Below are positions 19,019 through 29,480 of a stretch of DNA of 64,000 bases, in pieces. A program made the translations under genes and the position numbers. The notes under the pieces were generated by a model. The model was not told the origin of the DNA and did no database searches. It was given only the letters and a program-made list of their open reading frames with translations. Source of the stretch: Bacteroidales bacterium. Its GTDB lineage: Bacteria; Bacteroidota; Bacteroidia; Bacteroidales; UBA1715. The stretch spans positions 565-64,564 of the forward strand of contig JAKSTZ010000008.1 in assembly GCA_024402335.1 (NCBI GenBank). Reading direction: 5' to 3'. Numbering within the stretch: the first letter of the stretch is position 1; every line of letters starts with the position of its first letter.

Positions 19019-19026
19019 CAAATATA
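19019..19026 (-). promoter_or_regulatory. Putative -7 promoter box for the queFCE operon
   Basis: The reverse strand reads tatatttg (TAnnTTTG), 47 nt upstream of the queF ATG. Confidence 0.3.
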
Positions 19027-19185
19027 TTGATTTTCAATTTACACTATAAAAATTCTGTATTCAAATTTAACCAGATGCATCATTCAATGATTATAAATGC
19101 ACACATTTTCCCAACCAACAACTCTACCTTTCCCCAGACGAAAACAAAATTTAAACAATTGATTAAAACAAACGATTAAAATTCC

Positions 19186-19193
19186 TATTTTTG
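19186..19193 (+). promoter_or_regulatory. Putative -7 promoter box for tetR
   Basis: tatttttg matches TAnnTTTG and lies 17 nt upstream of the ATG at 19211. Confidence 0.3.
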
Positions 19194-19210
19194 TAAAAAA
19201 AATCACAAAG

Positions 19211-19801
19211 ATGAAGAATTCCGAAACGGAACAAAAAATCAAAAATGCGGCAAGTATCGTATTCAAGCAGAAAGGTTTTAAGGAAGCCCGCACACGCGAC
19301 ATTGCCGAACAAGCCGGAGTAAATCTTGCTTTAATAAACTATTACTATAAAAGCAAAGAAGCATTATTCAACGAGATAATGACCGAATCCATACTGACAT
19401 TTAAACAAAGTCTTTGCAAATACATAAACGACGAAACCACAACTGCACAAGAAAAAATAACCATAATAGTAAACAACTACTTATCGTTACTGCAACAAGA
19501 ACCTAACCTTCCTATTTTTTTAGTAAAGGAGCTATATAATTCCAGCGAACTACTAAATAAAATAAAGCCAGAGGAAGTCTTGAAAAATAGTCTGCTTCAG
19601 AAACAGCTTCAAGAAATGGGGAAAACAAACGAAAAAAAAAAAAACCTGATAATAAACACCATGTCACTTGTTGTGCTTCCTATTATCGGAAAGCCAATAA
19701 TACAAGCATTCTGCAGCAAAAATGAGCAAGAATACCTTACATTTTTAGAAGAAAGAAAAACAAATATACCTATTTGGATAAAGTCTATGTTTAATCTATA
19801 A
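19211..19801 (+). CDS. TetR/AcrR family transcriptional regulator
   Basis: 196 aa. The N-terminal HTH is ARTRDIAEQAGVNLALINYYYKSKEALF. An A13 tract at 19632-19644 encodes EKKKN. Confidence 0.88.
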   Translation: MKNSETEQKIKNAASIVFKQKGFKEARTRDIAEQAGVNLALINYYYKSKEALFNEIMTESILTFKQSLCKYINDETTTAQEKITIIVNNYLSLLQQEPNLPIFLVKELYNSSELLNKIKPEEVLKNSLLQKQLQEMGKTNEKKKNLIINTMSLVVLPIIGKPIIQAFCSKNEQEYLTFLEERKTNIPIWIKSMFNL

Positions 19802-19820
19802 ACATCTATTAAAAACAATC

Positions 19821-19833
19821 TTTGTAAAACAAA
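19821..19833. promoter_or_regulatory. 13-bp palindrome TTTGT-AAA-ACAAA, candidate TetR operator
   Basis: Read directly from the sequence. It lies between the tetR stop and the -7-like box of the 1427-aa gene. Confidence 0.3.
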
Positions 19834-19837
19834 TTAC

Positions 19838-19845
19838 TACATTTG
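19838..19845 (+). promoter_or_regulatory. Putative -7 promoter box for the 1427-aa gene
   Basis: tacatttg matches TAnnTTTG but is only 8 nt before the ATG at 19854. That would make the mRNA nearly leaderless, hence the low confidence. Confidence 0.25.
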
Positions 19846-19853
19846 CAGTAAAT

Positions 19854-22800
19854 ATGAATTCAGTGAATTTACATTTAGGTATCGATATAGGCTCTACTAC
19901 AGCAAAAGCCGTAGCAACCAAGAATGGCTCTATCGTTTTTACTACATATCAACGACATAACACTCGTATAAAAGAAAGTGTTCTTGCTATTCTTGATCAA
20001 ATCAAGCAAAAATTTCCCGAAGAAAAGAATGTAAAAATCTGCCTTACCGGTAGTGCCGCTATGGGTATTGCCGAGCAACAAAATCTTCCATTCATACAAG
20101 AAGTTATAGCGGCTTCCGAAGTTATACAAAAGAATTACAGCAATGTACGTACATTAGTGGACATTGGTGGCGAAGACGCAAAGATTATATTCTATGAAGA
20201 AGGAAAATCACCGGACATTCGAATGAATGGTAGCTGTGCCGGTGGAACTGGTGCTTTCATTGATCAGATCGCTACCCTATTAAATGTAGAGACACAAGAA
20301 CTGAACAGCTTAGCGGAACAATCAACTCAAATTTATACGATAGCTTCCCGTTGCGGTGTATTTGCAAAAACCGACGTACAAAATCTAATCGCACGCAAGG
20401 TTCCTATTACCGACATTGCGGCATCGTGTTTTCATGCAGTTGCACTACAAGTTATCAACGCACTGTCGAGAGGTATCGATATTGAGCCGAATGTCCTTTT
20501 TATTGGCGGACCACTCACCTACATTCCGGCATTACAAAACATGCTACGAAAATTGGTTAATTGTACGGAAGAGAATGCGTTCACACCAGAAAACAGCCAA
20601 TTATTCCCAGCTTGGGGAAGTGCCATCGCTGCCGAAAACGACGAGAAAGTATTCACGATAGACGACATTTACCAGCGCATAGAAAACTCGTCAAACATTG
20701 TCACCAAGAATAGACTTGAAGCCTTGTTTGCAAACAACCAAGAGCTACAAAATTGGAACGAACACAGAAAAATCGTCCCTATTCCAGAAAAGACCGTGGA
20801 ATTTGGTCAAAATTCAATAGATGTATTTCTTGGTATAGACAGCGGTTCTACAACCACAAAAGTGGTGTTACTCGACAAAGACGGAAATCTTATTGCATCA
20901 AATTACGATACAAACAAAGGTAATCCTATACTTGCCGTAATTAACGGCCTTGAAGCATGTTGCAAGAACCTACAATGTTCGTCAATAAACATAATTCGTT
21001 CTGCTGTAACCGGATACGGCGAAGACCTTATCCGTGCTGCATTCAACATGGACGAAGGCATAGTTGAAACTATCGCGCACACAACAGCGGCAAAAAAAAT
21101 AGAGCCAAACGTATCATTTATACTTGATATCGGCGGACAGGATATGAAAGCCATTTTCATAAAAAATGGCGCTATACAAAACGTCGAAATCAACGAAGCA
21201 TGTTCTTCGGGCTGCGGTTCTTTCATCCAAAATTTCGCACAGACATTAAATCATACAGCTGAATCATTTGGAAAACTCGCTTGTTGCGCACCAAACCCTT
21301 GCGATTTAGGTTCACGATGCACCGTTTTCATGAACTCACAAGTAAAACAAGCTCTTCGTGAAGGTGCCGACACATCGGAAATAGCGGCAGGTCTCGCCTA
21401 CTCCGTAATAAAGAATGCGTTATTCAAAGTATTACAGATAAAAAACATGGATGTTCTTGGTGAAAAAATACTCGTACAAGGCGGAACATTCAAAAACCCA
21501 TCGATATTCCGTGCGATGGAAAAGCTTACCGGAAAAGAAATATACAGTTCCAATAAGCCAGAACTTATGGGGGCTTTAGGTGCTGCATATTTTGCACAAA
21601 CCTGCTACAAGAATAACCAAGTGCCATCGTCATTTATCGGTTATGAAAATAGACAAGACGCACTTTCATACACAACAAGACAAATAAACTGTCGCGGATG
21701 CGCCAACAACTGTATCGTGACAAAATTCACGTTCAATAACAATGCGGTACATTATTCCGGCAACAAATGCGAAAAAGTATTTACATCAAAAGGTAACACG
21801 ACAGAACGCGGAGAAAATTTGTACGACTTCAAGTACGAATTACTCTTCAACCGTGATACAAATGCCTTAAATGATGTAAAAAACATAAAAATAGGAATTC
21901 CACGAATTTTAGGAATGTATTCAAACTTTCCTTTCTGGAACACCCTATTTACGCACTCTGGTATAGACGTTGTTCTTTCCGACGAATCAACGACAAAAAT
22001 CTACGAGAAAGGCCAAGGAACAATTATGGCCGACAATATTTGTTTCCCTGCTAAATTGGCACACGGACATATTTTTAACCTTGTAGATAAAAACGTAGAT
22101 AGAATATTCTATCCGCTTGCCATTTACGAGGAAAACGAGTTCAAAGAATCTAAGAACAGCTACAACTGTCCGGTTGTTTCAAGTTATTCCGAAGTACTTG
22201 ATTGTGCAATTCCACCAGAAAAACGCAACAAGATACCATTCGACAAGCCAGTAATCACATTCAGAGACGAAAAACTGCTAAAGAAAAGTTGCTGGACATA
22301 TCTAAAACAATTTGGCATCTCCGCACGCACATTCGAAAATGCGTTCGACGAAGCATTACGTGAACAGAAACGTTACCGTGAGCAATACAAGAAGAAAGGA
22401 TTCCGTATTTTGGAACGAGCAAAGCAAGAAAACAGACCTATAGTCATGTTGGCTGCCCGTCCATACCACACGGATCATTTGGTACATCAAAAAACTTCAC
22501 AAATTCTTTCTGAATTAGGAGCAAGTGTCGTTACCGAAGAAATTGTAACCAATATTCAAGGCGTATCGTTGACAGACTATCTTCATGTCGCACAATGGAA
22601 TTATCCGAACAGAATCATGCATGCAGCACAATGGGTAATCCACAACGACGAATACAACATCCACTTTGTTCAAATGAACTCGTTCGGATGCGGTCCCGAC
22701 AGCTTCCTTTCCGACGAAATTAAAGAATATTTCGAGCAAGCGAAAAAATCATACACATTCATACGCGTTGACGAAATCAACAGCACCGGATCTATGCGAT

Positions 22801-24137
22801 TACGACTCCGTTCCCTAATAGAGACTATTAAATTAGGAGAAAACGAATCAAAAGAATTCGGCGACAGAATTATCAAAAAAACGCCTGCATTCAAAGAAAA
22901 CGACAAGAAACGCAAAATACTTGCACCTTTCTTTACAAAATTCGTATCACCGCTTATCCCTCCTATTTTCGAATATTTGGGATACGATATGGAAACATTG
23001 CCTATGTCCGATAAAGAATCGGTAAACATTGGATTAGCATGTTCCAACAACGAAATTTGTTTCCCAGCGACACTCGTTATCGGAGACATTATAAAAGCAT
23101 TAAAATCAGGAAAATATGATTTAGACAACACTGCTGTTATAATGACACAAACCGGTGGTCAATGTCGTGCTTCTAACTATTTGGCATTAATCCGTCGTGC
23201 AATATTAAATAACGGAATAACTAATGTACCTGTACTTTCGTTTGCAACAGGCGGAACGCAGGACAATGAACAGCCAGGATTTGAAGTAGCATGGACAAAA
23301 GTTGTTAAATTAATACTTGCTGCCGCTTTATTTAGCGACAACATTTCACGTATGCATTATGCTACGATAGTACGTGAAAAAGAAGTTGGCGGTACAGAAA
23401 AATTGACAAATTCGTATTTGGAAAATGCAGCAGAATTAATTCGTCACAACGACCATGTGGGCGTGTTAAAACTATTAAAACGCGCAGTTGAGGACTACAA
23501 CGCTATGGCAAAGGACAATTGCCCTCGCCCACAAGTAGGCATAGTTGGAGAAATTTACCTGAAATACAACGCATACGCAAATATGCACGTGGCAGATTGG
23601 TTGATTTCGCAAGGAATCGAACCTCGTTTCCCAGACTTGATGGACTTCTTTACACAAGAATTCATCAACTTGAAAATCAACACGAAACACAATTTACGCA
23701 CAACGAGTTTAGGAACGAAATTATTCGCCGATTTCTTACAATTACGATATGACAGATTCGAGAAGAAAGTCGAGAAAATCGCCTCTAAATTCAAATACTA
23801 TCGAGAAAAACATAGCATAAAACAAGAAGCAGAAAATGCCGAAAAAATCATCAGCCTCGTAAACCAATTTGGCGAAGGATGGCTAATTCCTGCCGAGATT
23901 GTCAGTTTTTCACAAGAAGGCGTAAACAATGTCGTAAGTCTACAACCTTTTGGTTGTATAGCCAACCATATCATATCAAAAGGTATAGAGAAGAAAATCA
24001 AATCGTTATATCCAAAAACAAGTTTGTTATTCCTTGATTTTGACGGAAATACAAGCGAAGCAAATGTATTCAACAGGCTTCATTTCCTTGCTCAAAATGC
24101 CAAAAACGAATTTGCGGAAGAAAATAAAAACTCATAA
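19854..24137 (+). CDS. Double BcrAD/BadFG (HgdC-type) activase ATPase fused to a Cys-rich CoA-enzyme-activase-associated C-terminal region
   Basis: 1427 aa. Two ASKHA phosphate-1 motifs are present: [12 protein letters not shown] (about aa 10) and [12 protein letters not shown] (about aa 327). Cluster-type segments are SCAGGTGAF and [10 protein letters not shown]-terminal Cys motifs are [38 protein letters not shown] and FGCIANH. Confidence 0.8.
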   Translation: MNSVNLHLGIDIGSTTAKAVATKNGSIVFTTYQRHNTRIKESVLAILDQIKQKFPEEKNVKICLTGSAAMGIAEQQNLPFIQEVIAASEVIQKNYSNVRTLVDIGGEDAKIIFYEEGKSPDIRMNGSCAGGTGAFIDQIATLLNVETQELNSLAEQSTQIYTIASRCGVFAKTDVQNLIARKVPITDIAASCFHAVALQVINALSRGIDIEPNVLFIGGPLTYIPALQNMLRKLVNCTEENAFTPENSQLFPAWGSAIAAENDEKVFTIDDIYQRIENSSNIVTKNRLEALFANNQELQNWNEHRKIVPIPEKTVEFGQNSIDVFLGIDSGSTTTKVVLLDKDGNLIASNYDTNKGNPILAVINGLEACCKNLQCSSINIIRSAVTGYGEDLIRAAFNMDEGIVETIAHTTAAKKIEPNVSFILDIGGQDMKAIFIKNGAIQNVEINEACSSGCGSFIQNFAQTLNHTAESFGKLACCAPNPCDLGSRCTVFMNSQVKQALREGADTSEIAAGLAYSVIKNALFKVLQIKNMDVLGEKILVQGGTFKNPSIFRAMEKLTGKEIYSSNKPELMGALGAAYFAQTCYKNNQVPSSFIGYENRQDALSYTTRQINCRGCANNCIVTKFTFNNNAVHYSGNKCEKVFTSKGNTTERGENLYDFKYELLFNRDTNALNDVKNIKIGIPRILGMYSNFPFWNTLFTHSGIDVVLSDESTTKIYEKGQGTIMADNICFPAKLAHGHIFNLVDKNVDRIFYPLAIYEENEFKESKNSYNCPVVSSYSEVLDCAIPPEKRNKIPFDKPVITFRDEKLLKKSCWTYLKQFGISARTFENAFDEALREQKRYREQYKKKGFRILERAKQENRPIVMLAARPYHTDHLVHQKTSQILSELGASVVTEEIVTNIQGVSLTDYLHVAQWNYPNRIMHAAQWVIHNDEYNIHFVQMNSFGCGPDSFLSDEIKEYFEQAKKSYTFIRVDEINSTGSMRLRLRSLIETIKLGENESKEFGDRIIKKTPAFKENDKKRKILAPFFTKFVSPLIPPIFEYLGYDMETLPMSDKESVNIGLACSNNEICFPATLVIGDIIKALKSGKYDLDNTAVIMTQTGGQCRASNYLALIRRAILNNGITNVPVLSFATGGTQDNEQPGFEVAWTKVVKLILAAALFSDNISRMHYATIVREKEVGGTEKLTNSYLENAAELIRHNDHVGVLKLLKRAVEDYNAMAKDNCPRPQVGIVGEIYLKYNAYANMHVADWLISQGIEPRFPDLMDFFTQEFINLKINTKHNLRTTSLGTKLFADFLQLRYDRFEKKVEKIASKFKYYREKHSIKQEAENAEKIISLVNQFGEGWLIPAEIVSFSQEGVNNVVSLQPFGCIANHIISKGIEKKIKSLYPKTSLLFLDFDGNTSEANVFNRLHFLAQNAKNEFAEENKNS

Positions 24138-24162
24138 ATTTGCGAAAATTAAAAATTACAAC

Positions 24163-25161
24163 ATGGAATCATTACACGGCAAAAGTTTTCTAAAACTTTT
24201 AGACTTTACACCTACAGAAATTCGTTATTTTCTTGATTTAGCACACAAATTGAAAGCAGACAAGAAAAACGGTGTAGAAAAACAAACAATGAAAGGAAAA
24301 AACATTGCATTGATATTTGAAAAAACATCTACACGTACTCGTTGTTCTTTTGAAGTTGCTGCTGCCGACCAAGGTGCACACACTACATATTTAGGTCCAA
24401 CAGGATCGCAAATCGGTGTAAAAGAATCTATGAAAGATACTGCAAGAGTACTTGGTCGCATGTACGATGCTATTGAATACCGAGGTTTTGCACAAACAAC
24501 AGTAGAAGAACTTGCAGCATATTCTGGTGTTCCAGTATGGAATGGTCTTACTGACGAATTCCACCCTACTCAAATCATAGCAGATTTCATGACTATGGAA
24601 GAACACTGTTCTAAACCATTGAATAAAATCAGCTACGCATATCTTGGCGACGCCCGCTTCAACATGGGTAACTCACTAATGGTTGGTGGCGTTAAAATGG
24701 GTATGGACGTAAGAATCGTTGCACCAAAAGCATTACAACCTGATGCTGAACTAGTTGCACAATGCCAGAAAATCGCAGCAGAAACAGGTGCAACATTAAC
24801 TATCACCGACAATGTTGCCGAAGGTGTAAAAGGTTGCGATTTCTTGTACACTGACGTTTGGGTTTCTATGGGTGAACCAAAAGAAGTTTGGGCAGAACGT
24901 ATCGCTCTTTTAAAAGATTTCCAAATCAATAGTAAGACAATGGAAATGACAGGCAATGTAAACTGCAAATTCATGCACTGTCTTCCTGCATACCACAACT
25001 TGGAAACACAAGTTGGTCGTGATGTACACAAACAATTCGGATTAGACGGCGTTGAAGTTACAGAAGAAGTATTTGAATCACCAGCTTCTATCGTATTTGA
25101 CGAAGCAGAAAACCGTCTTCATTCAATTAAAGCCATTATGGTGGCAACTTTAGGCGAATAG
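24163..25161 (+). CDS. argF: Ornithine carbamoyltransferase (canonical OTC type)
   Basis: 332 aa from the ATG at 24163. The ORF-track TTG start at 24034 overlaps the upstream gene and was rejected. Motifs STRTR, HPTQ, DVWVSMG and HCLP are present, with close resemblance to enteric ArgI/ArgF. Confidence 0.92.
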   Translation: MESLHGKSFLKLLDFTPTEIRYFLDLAHKLKADKKNGVEKQTMKGKNIALIFEKTSTRTRCSFEVAAADQGAHTTYLGPTGSQIGVKESMKDTARVLGRMYDAIEYRGFAQTTVEELAAYSGVPVWNGLTDEFHPTQIIADFMTMEEHCSKPLNKISYAYLGDARFNMGNSLMVGGVKMGMDVRIVAPKALQPDAELVAQCQKIAAETGATLTITDNVAEGVKGCDFLYTDVWVSMGEPKEVWAERIALLKDFQINSKTMEMTGNVNCKFMHCLPAYHNLETQVGRDVHKQFGLDGVEVTEEVFESPASIVFDEAENRLHSIKAIMVATLGE

Positions 25162-26063
25162 TGTTAGACTATTTTTTCTCTAAAAATATTGCATTTAGGA
25201 TAGTTACAGGTTTTATCTCAACCCTGTTTCTATCCTTTTTGCTTTTCAGTATTCTTTATTCTATAGCCCCAACAAGCAACGGACTGAATGGTTTACAATG
25301 TATAGCCAAAGGCCTTCCTACATCCAACGAGGATAGACTTTGTATATTATATATGCTTTCAGTAGAAACTATCTGTATTTTTCTAATCCCTGCACTTTGT
25401 ATGCTATTTTGCATCAACCGTAAGCCTTGGAAACTATTACATACCACCTACCAAAGCAACAAATCCATACTATTGATTATTCCATTTATCATCATAGCGA
25501 ACATACCGTGTATAAACTTATTATCAGAAATAAACACTGAAGCTGTACTAGCAATAGTAGGAGAAGATTCAGCCCTTTGGCAAAACTACAAACAGACTGA
25601 AATCCTCACAACCGCACTCATGTCTCCCAACATGATTTGCATAGATATATTGGCGATGTCACTATTGCCAGCAATATGCGAAGAATTATTTTTCAGAGGA
25701 TTACTTCAATCAATCGCAATCAAACAATTTAAGCATAAACATCTGTCTATCATATTAATAGCAATTATATTCAGTCTATTGCATGGAGATATTTTTAATT
25801 TTATTCCACGATTTGTTTTAGGCTTACTTTTGGGGTATTTATTTGCTTATACCGGCTCTATACTATACCCTATTTTTGCACATATTCTTCATAACATGTT
25901 GGTCGTGGTTAGCACAACAATTCCAAATTTGTTCCCCGAAAACATTGAAACCATTGGCACCACAACCGACCTGCCACTAATAGGAACAACAAGCACACTA
26001 ATACTTATTGGGTTTATACTTGTTTTAGCAAAAAACAGTCATTTCTATCAAGCCGAAGCCTAA
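25161..26063 (+). CDS. CPBP family intramembrane glutamic endopeptidase (CAAX protease-like)
   Basis: 300 aa and polytopic. Motifs EELFFRG, FSLLHG and HILHN are present. The GTG start overlaps the argF stop by 1 nt. Confidence 0.85.
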   Translation: MLDYFFSKNIAFRIVTGFISTLFLSFLLFSILYSIAPTSNGLNGLQCIAKGLPTSNEDRLCILYMLSVETICIFLIPALCMLFCINRKPWKLLHTTYQSNKSILLIIPFIIIANIPCINLLSEINTEAVLAIVGEDSALWQNYKQTEILTTALMSPNMICIDILAMSLLPAICEELFFRGLLQSIAIKQFKHKHLSIILIAIIFSLLHGDIFNFIPRFVLGLLLGYLFAYTGSILYPIFAHILHNMLVVVSTTIPNLFPENIETIGTTTDLPLIGTTSTLILIGFILVLAKNSHFYQAEA

Positions 26064-26118
26064 ACTAAAGTTTTATTTTTTGTTCATAATGAACACCTAC
26101 AATAGGCGTTCATTACAA

Positions 26119-27048
26119 TCAATCTTTTATAATCCTAAATAACAATGTATTTTGAAATGTGATGGATTTATTTCGTACAAAAAATAAAGTTCCATCTACA
26201 GGACTTTGAATTTCGCAAACCAATTTCCCCTCATACGGATGCATTATACGAGCTATAGCCTCTCCTTTTTTCACCTGCATACCAGCATTTTTCTCTATAA
26301 TAAGAATACCGGCATGAGGAGCTTGAATATTTACCAGATTTTTATTTGTGACCAAAATTGGTTCCACATCTTCTATTTTGCTTTTGGTAGCTACCAATCC
26401 TTTCTTTACCATAAAATGCAACAGAGCATCTATTGCGACTTGTACCATCGAATGATCAATAACATCCGTCGTTCCTGCGTATAAAGAGAAAGCCTTGGTA
26501 TCCCAAATCTGCCAGTTGTAGTTAAGTAAAACCGTATCAAACGGTTCCGGCTCTCGTATTGCGACATAAGGAAAGCCAAATTCTTTGGCATCTTCCACAT
26601 CCTCAAAACCAGTATGAATCATACGAATATGAGGCAAAAAATGCCCTGGCAAATAATACGACGCTAACTGCACACCATAAGAAAAATCCTTAACAAACTC
26701 AAATAAACCGGAAGCAATTCGTTGCGTTGTTTCCCCTTGTCCATAACCAGGAAACATTCTATTGATATCAGTATTATCGAGTGCCCAAAAACGTTTTTCT
26801 AAGTTCATAGAAAATGGATTTACCGACGGCACAACAGAAATTGAGCAATTCGGTTTAATTGCATCCTGCGCTTCCAATTGCTGCAACACATCAACCATAC
26901 GACTTGCTATGTATTGTTGTTGAATTTCATCACCACGCATAGAACCAACAATACATAAACTTTTTTCGCCTTCACCAAACGTATAGGCTTTCACACGAAA
27001 ATCATCGCGATACGGCGACGACATACGAAATATAGTTTGAACTTTCAT
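26119..27048 (-). CDS. Succinylglutamate desuccinylase/aspartoacylase-family paralog with degenerate zinc site
   Basis: 309 aa and collinear with the upstream paralog. IVGSMRGDEIQQ replaces the HxxE zinc motif (His changed to Arg). No DxH third-ligand motif is visible. Confidence 0.7.
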   Translation of the reverse strand: MKVQTIFRMSSPYRDDFRVKAYTFGEGEKSLCIVGSMRGDEIQQQYIASRMVDVLQQLEAQDAIKPNCSISVVPSVNPFSMNLEKRFWALDNTDINRMFPGYGQGETTQRIASGLFEFVKDFSYGVQLASYYLPGHFLPHIRMIHTGFEDVEDAKEFGFPYVAIREPEPFDTVLLNYNWQIWDTKAFSLYAGTTDVIDHSMVQVAIDALLHFMVKKGLVATKSKIEDVEPILVTNKNLVNIQAPHAGILIIEKNAGMQVKKGEAIARIMHPYEGKLVCEIQSPVDGTLFFVRNKSITFQNTLLFRIIKD

Positions 27049-27051
27049 TTC

Positions 27052-27978
27052 TTACAATTTATGAATTCTACCAAGCAAAGAACCTTCATACACAATAGGA
27101 TACGCACGTATCGTAAATAAAAGCCCGTCACATGGCGCAACAACATTACTTAAAACCATACCCGTCAACGGAGAAATGATTTGTCCGATAGTCTGCCCAC
27201 GTTCAACACGAACATCATTGTGGATTTCCGTAATAAAAACACCACTTACTTCAGCATTTAAAAATGCAACAGAATCACCACCTTGATTTACAATACTTTC
27301 TCCGATTTTATCCGCACTTGGAGCTTCACTCCAAATACCAAGATTATACATAATATTCTGAATACCATCGACTAAATGCTGACACATACTGTGGCTAATT
27401 CTACCACCGACTCCCATTTCGGCAACCAAGCAAGGCGTTCCTATTGAATTAAGTGAATGAGCCAAAGTAGCTTCCAAAACAGTCGCAGCCTGATGTATCC
27501 AAATAAAATCTATACCTAACATTTTCGCATACGGAACCAAAGTATCGGCACACATTTCACTAATACGAACCTGCGGTATTTCACGCAAAAAGATATTCGA
27601 GGCATGAATATCTATCACCATATCGGCACCACTTAAATCCGTATAAATATCATGCGCAACCTTTTCTATCATCGACCCTCTGGAATTGCCAGGAAATATT
27701 CTATTCATATCAAGGTCAAATGCAGGTACGCCACGTTGCATGGCATCCATACCGAGAGGATTCAAGCAAGGATAAATATCAACAACACCTGTAAGTTTCT
27801 CCGGAGATTCCTGTACCATTTTCGCAATCAAATAACACACATATTGTCCTTCCAACTCATCACCATGCGTTCCAGTCACAATACAAATACGCTTTCCCTT
27901 TCCGCGAGATAAATGATTTTTCTGTATCCGAAATTCTTCATCTACAGGCATCTCCAATGCTGTAACATTTTGTATCAT
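27052..27978 (-). CDS. Succinylglutamate desuccinylase/aspartoacylase-family zinc deacylase (COG3608-like)
   Basis: 308 aa. The zinc motif is IVTGTHGDELEG and the third ligand region is VIDIHAS. A C-terminal beta-barrel-like domain is present. The start overlaps the transglutaminase gene stop by 1 nt. Confidence 0.8.
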   Translation of the reverse strand: MIQNVTALEMPVDEEFRIQKNHLSRGKGKRICIVTGTHGDELEGQYVCYLIAKMVQESPEKLTGVVDIYPCLNPLGMDAMQRGVPAFDLDMNRIFPGNSRGSMIEKVAHDIYTDLSGADMVIDIHASNIFLREIPQVRISEMCADTLVPYAKMLGIDFIWIHQAATVLEATLAHSLNSIGTPCLVAEMGVGGRISHSMCQHLVDGIQNIMYNLGIWSEAPSADKIGESIVNQGGDSVAFLNAEVSGVFITEIHNDVRVERGQTIGQIISPLTGMVLSNVVAPCDGLLFTIRAYPIVYEGSLLGRIHKL

Positions 27979-28763
27979 TATAATTCCTTTAAAACTGTTT
28001 TTATATTCAATAACTCTTTCGTATTACCATATATTTGTCCACGGTTCGAAGGACAATCCCCAACATCTCCACCATGTGCAATTTTAACATAGCCCCAAGT
28101 CACACAACAATCCCGAGTCGGATCATAGCCTTTCCAACAGGAACCATCGTACACTTCGACCCACGCATGCGTCTCGCCTTCTCCCAAAACCAAGCCATTC
28201 ACATACCGAGCATATAAACCCACACAACGGCAAGCAGCAATCATAACATGTGCAAAATCCTGACAAACCCCTTCCCGACTACGAAAGACATCCATAGCAC
28301 AGGTAGTATTTGAAGTAGAGAACTTTTTATATGTCAAATAATCATGGACATTATGCAAAATTGCAACAGACTTAGTGACACTATCCATACCCGTAGATAC
28401 AAACGAATGAACCCAAAGCTCAAAAGAATGGTCATAATAAGTATGCTGCGAAGGTGCTAAGTAAATTGGATTGGGCCGTAATTCCGGCAAAACATAGGGA
28501 CCACATTTTACAACACCCGAACTTTCAATGCGAAATTTGTCATGCGCTTGATTGTAACTACCATATTGCACCTCGTTACCAAAGCCATCCTTTGTCCAGT
28601 AAACCATACACGAAGGCTCAATGCACAAATTTCGTTTCTCAACCAACTGCATTGAATTCATACACGGAGCCATACGCATTTTAAAAAAATGGTACGAAAC
28701 CGACGGCGTAAAAGAGGCCTCCGTTACATACAGATACTCATATCTTCTATAGCCATCTTCCAC
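27978..28763 (-). CDS. Transglutaminase-like cysteine protease-fold protein
   Basis: 261 aa. The Cys-His-Asp triad context is REGVCQDFAHV, GETHAWVEVY and GYDPT. Confidence 0.85.
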   Translation of the reverse strand: MEDGYRRYEYLYVTEASFTPSVSYHFFKMRMAPCMNSMQLVEKRNLCIEPSCMVYWTKDGFGNEVQYGSYNQAHDKFRIESSGVVKCGPYVLPELRPNPIYLAPSQHTYYDHSFELWVHSFVSTGMDSVTKSVAILHNVHDYLTYKKFSTSNTTCAMDVFRSREGVCQDFAHVMIAACRCVGLYARYVNGLVLGEGETHAWVEVYDGSCWKGYDPTRDCCVTWGYVKIAHGGDVGDCPSNRGQIYGNTKELLNIKTVLKEL

Positions 28764-29458
28764 TATACCAACACAATAGAATTCAAAATTTCTAATATCA
28801 AGTCCTTGCTCTCTTTTGACGTATATATGCCATCAGATTCTAACAAATTAGCAAATAAATCAGCTTTTCCTTTATCGAATAATTCAGGCTCGGTCACCAT
28901 ATATTTCTCTATCATACTCCATATTTCATGCAAACGACTCTTTTCATATTCAAAACGAATATACATATCCAGATGCTCTACCAATCGACCTATTTCAAGA
29001 AGCGCATACACTTGACCACGAACACGTTCACGAATTGATCCCCAAAACGCAAGCAACCAATCTGTTATAGGTTGCAGTTCGGTTATATTCATTTCCTTTG
29101 CATCAGCTTTTTTACGAATCAAATCGCGACATAATTCTATATACGAGAAAGACTCTGAATATATCTCGGAGCGCAATACAATCGCATTATTCATCATCAT
29201 CTCAATAACACTACGTAATGATGTAACCGTATTTGGATCATAAATCTGCATCATCATTTGGTAACTAGTAGTAAACTCACTTGAAACATACACGTCGAGT
29301 TTCTCAAGAAAATCACTATATGGAACTTCACCTACCGGAACATCAATAACTTCATCATACGCACGACGCATGAGATGCAACATTATATATCCACGTTCGG
29401 CATATCTACCCAACCAATACAAGCAATTTGCTTTATTTTCACTAAGAATTGTTTTCAT
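28763..29458 (-). CDS. Alpha-E domain protein
   Basis: 231 aa. The N-terminal signature is NCLYWLGRYAERGYIMLHL. The protein is all-helical and sits between the ATP-grasp and transglutaminase genes. Confidence 0.8.
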   Translation of the reverse strand: MKTILSENKANCLYWLGRYAERGYIMLHLMRRAYDEVIDVPVGEVPYSDFLEKLDVYVSSEFTTSYQMMMQIYDPNTVTSLRSVIEMMMNNAIVLRSEIYSESFSYIELCRDLIRKKADAKEMNITELQPITDWLLAFWGSIRERVRGQVYALLEIGRLVEHLDMYIRFEYEKSRLHEIWSMIEKYMVTEPELFDKGKADLFANLLESDGIYTSKESKDLILEILNSIVLV

Positions 29459-29480
29459 ACCGTTTGTTTTTTGTTTGTTT

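Noticed and set aside
18972-19100. A possible preQ1 riboswitch in the leader of queF-queC-queE.
   Set aside because: I read the reverse-strand leader and found no compact stem-loop followed by the A-rich tail typical of preQ1 classes. Only a promoter-like box is present.
24034-24162. The ORF-track start (TTG at 24034) gives a 375-aa ornithine carbamoyltransferase.
   Set aside because: The extension overlaps the end of the 1427-aa gene in another frame and encodes a non-OTC-like basic peptide. The ATG at 24163 gives the canonical length of about 332 aa, beginning [15 protein letters not shown].
24163-26063. The argF and CPBP protease genes with overlapping stop and start, considered as a possible functional pair.
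   Set aside because: Both belong to common families with no known connection. The adjacency alone, with an uncertain GTG start for the CPBP gene, does not support a system.
26081-26114. Inverted repeats (TGTTCAT/ATGAACA and AATGAAC...GTTCATT) between the convergent CPBP and deacylase genes, considered as a terminator.
   Set aside because: The stems are AT-rich and no U-tract follows on either strand. The evidence is too weak to call an intrinsic terminator.
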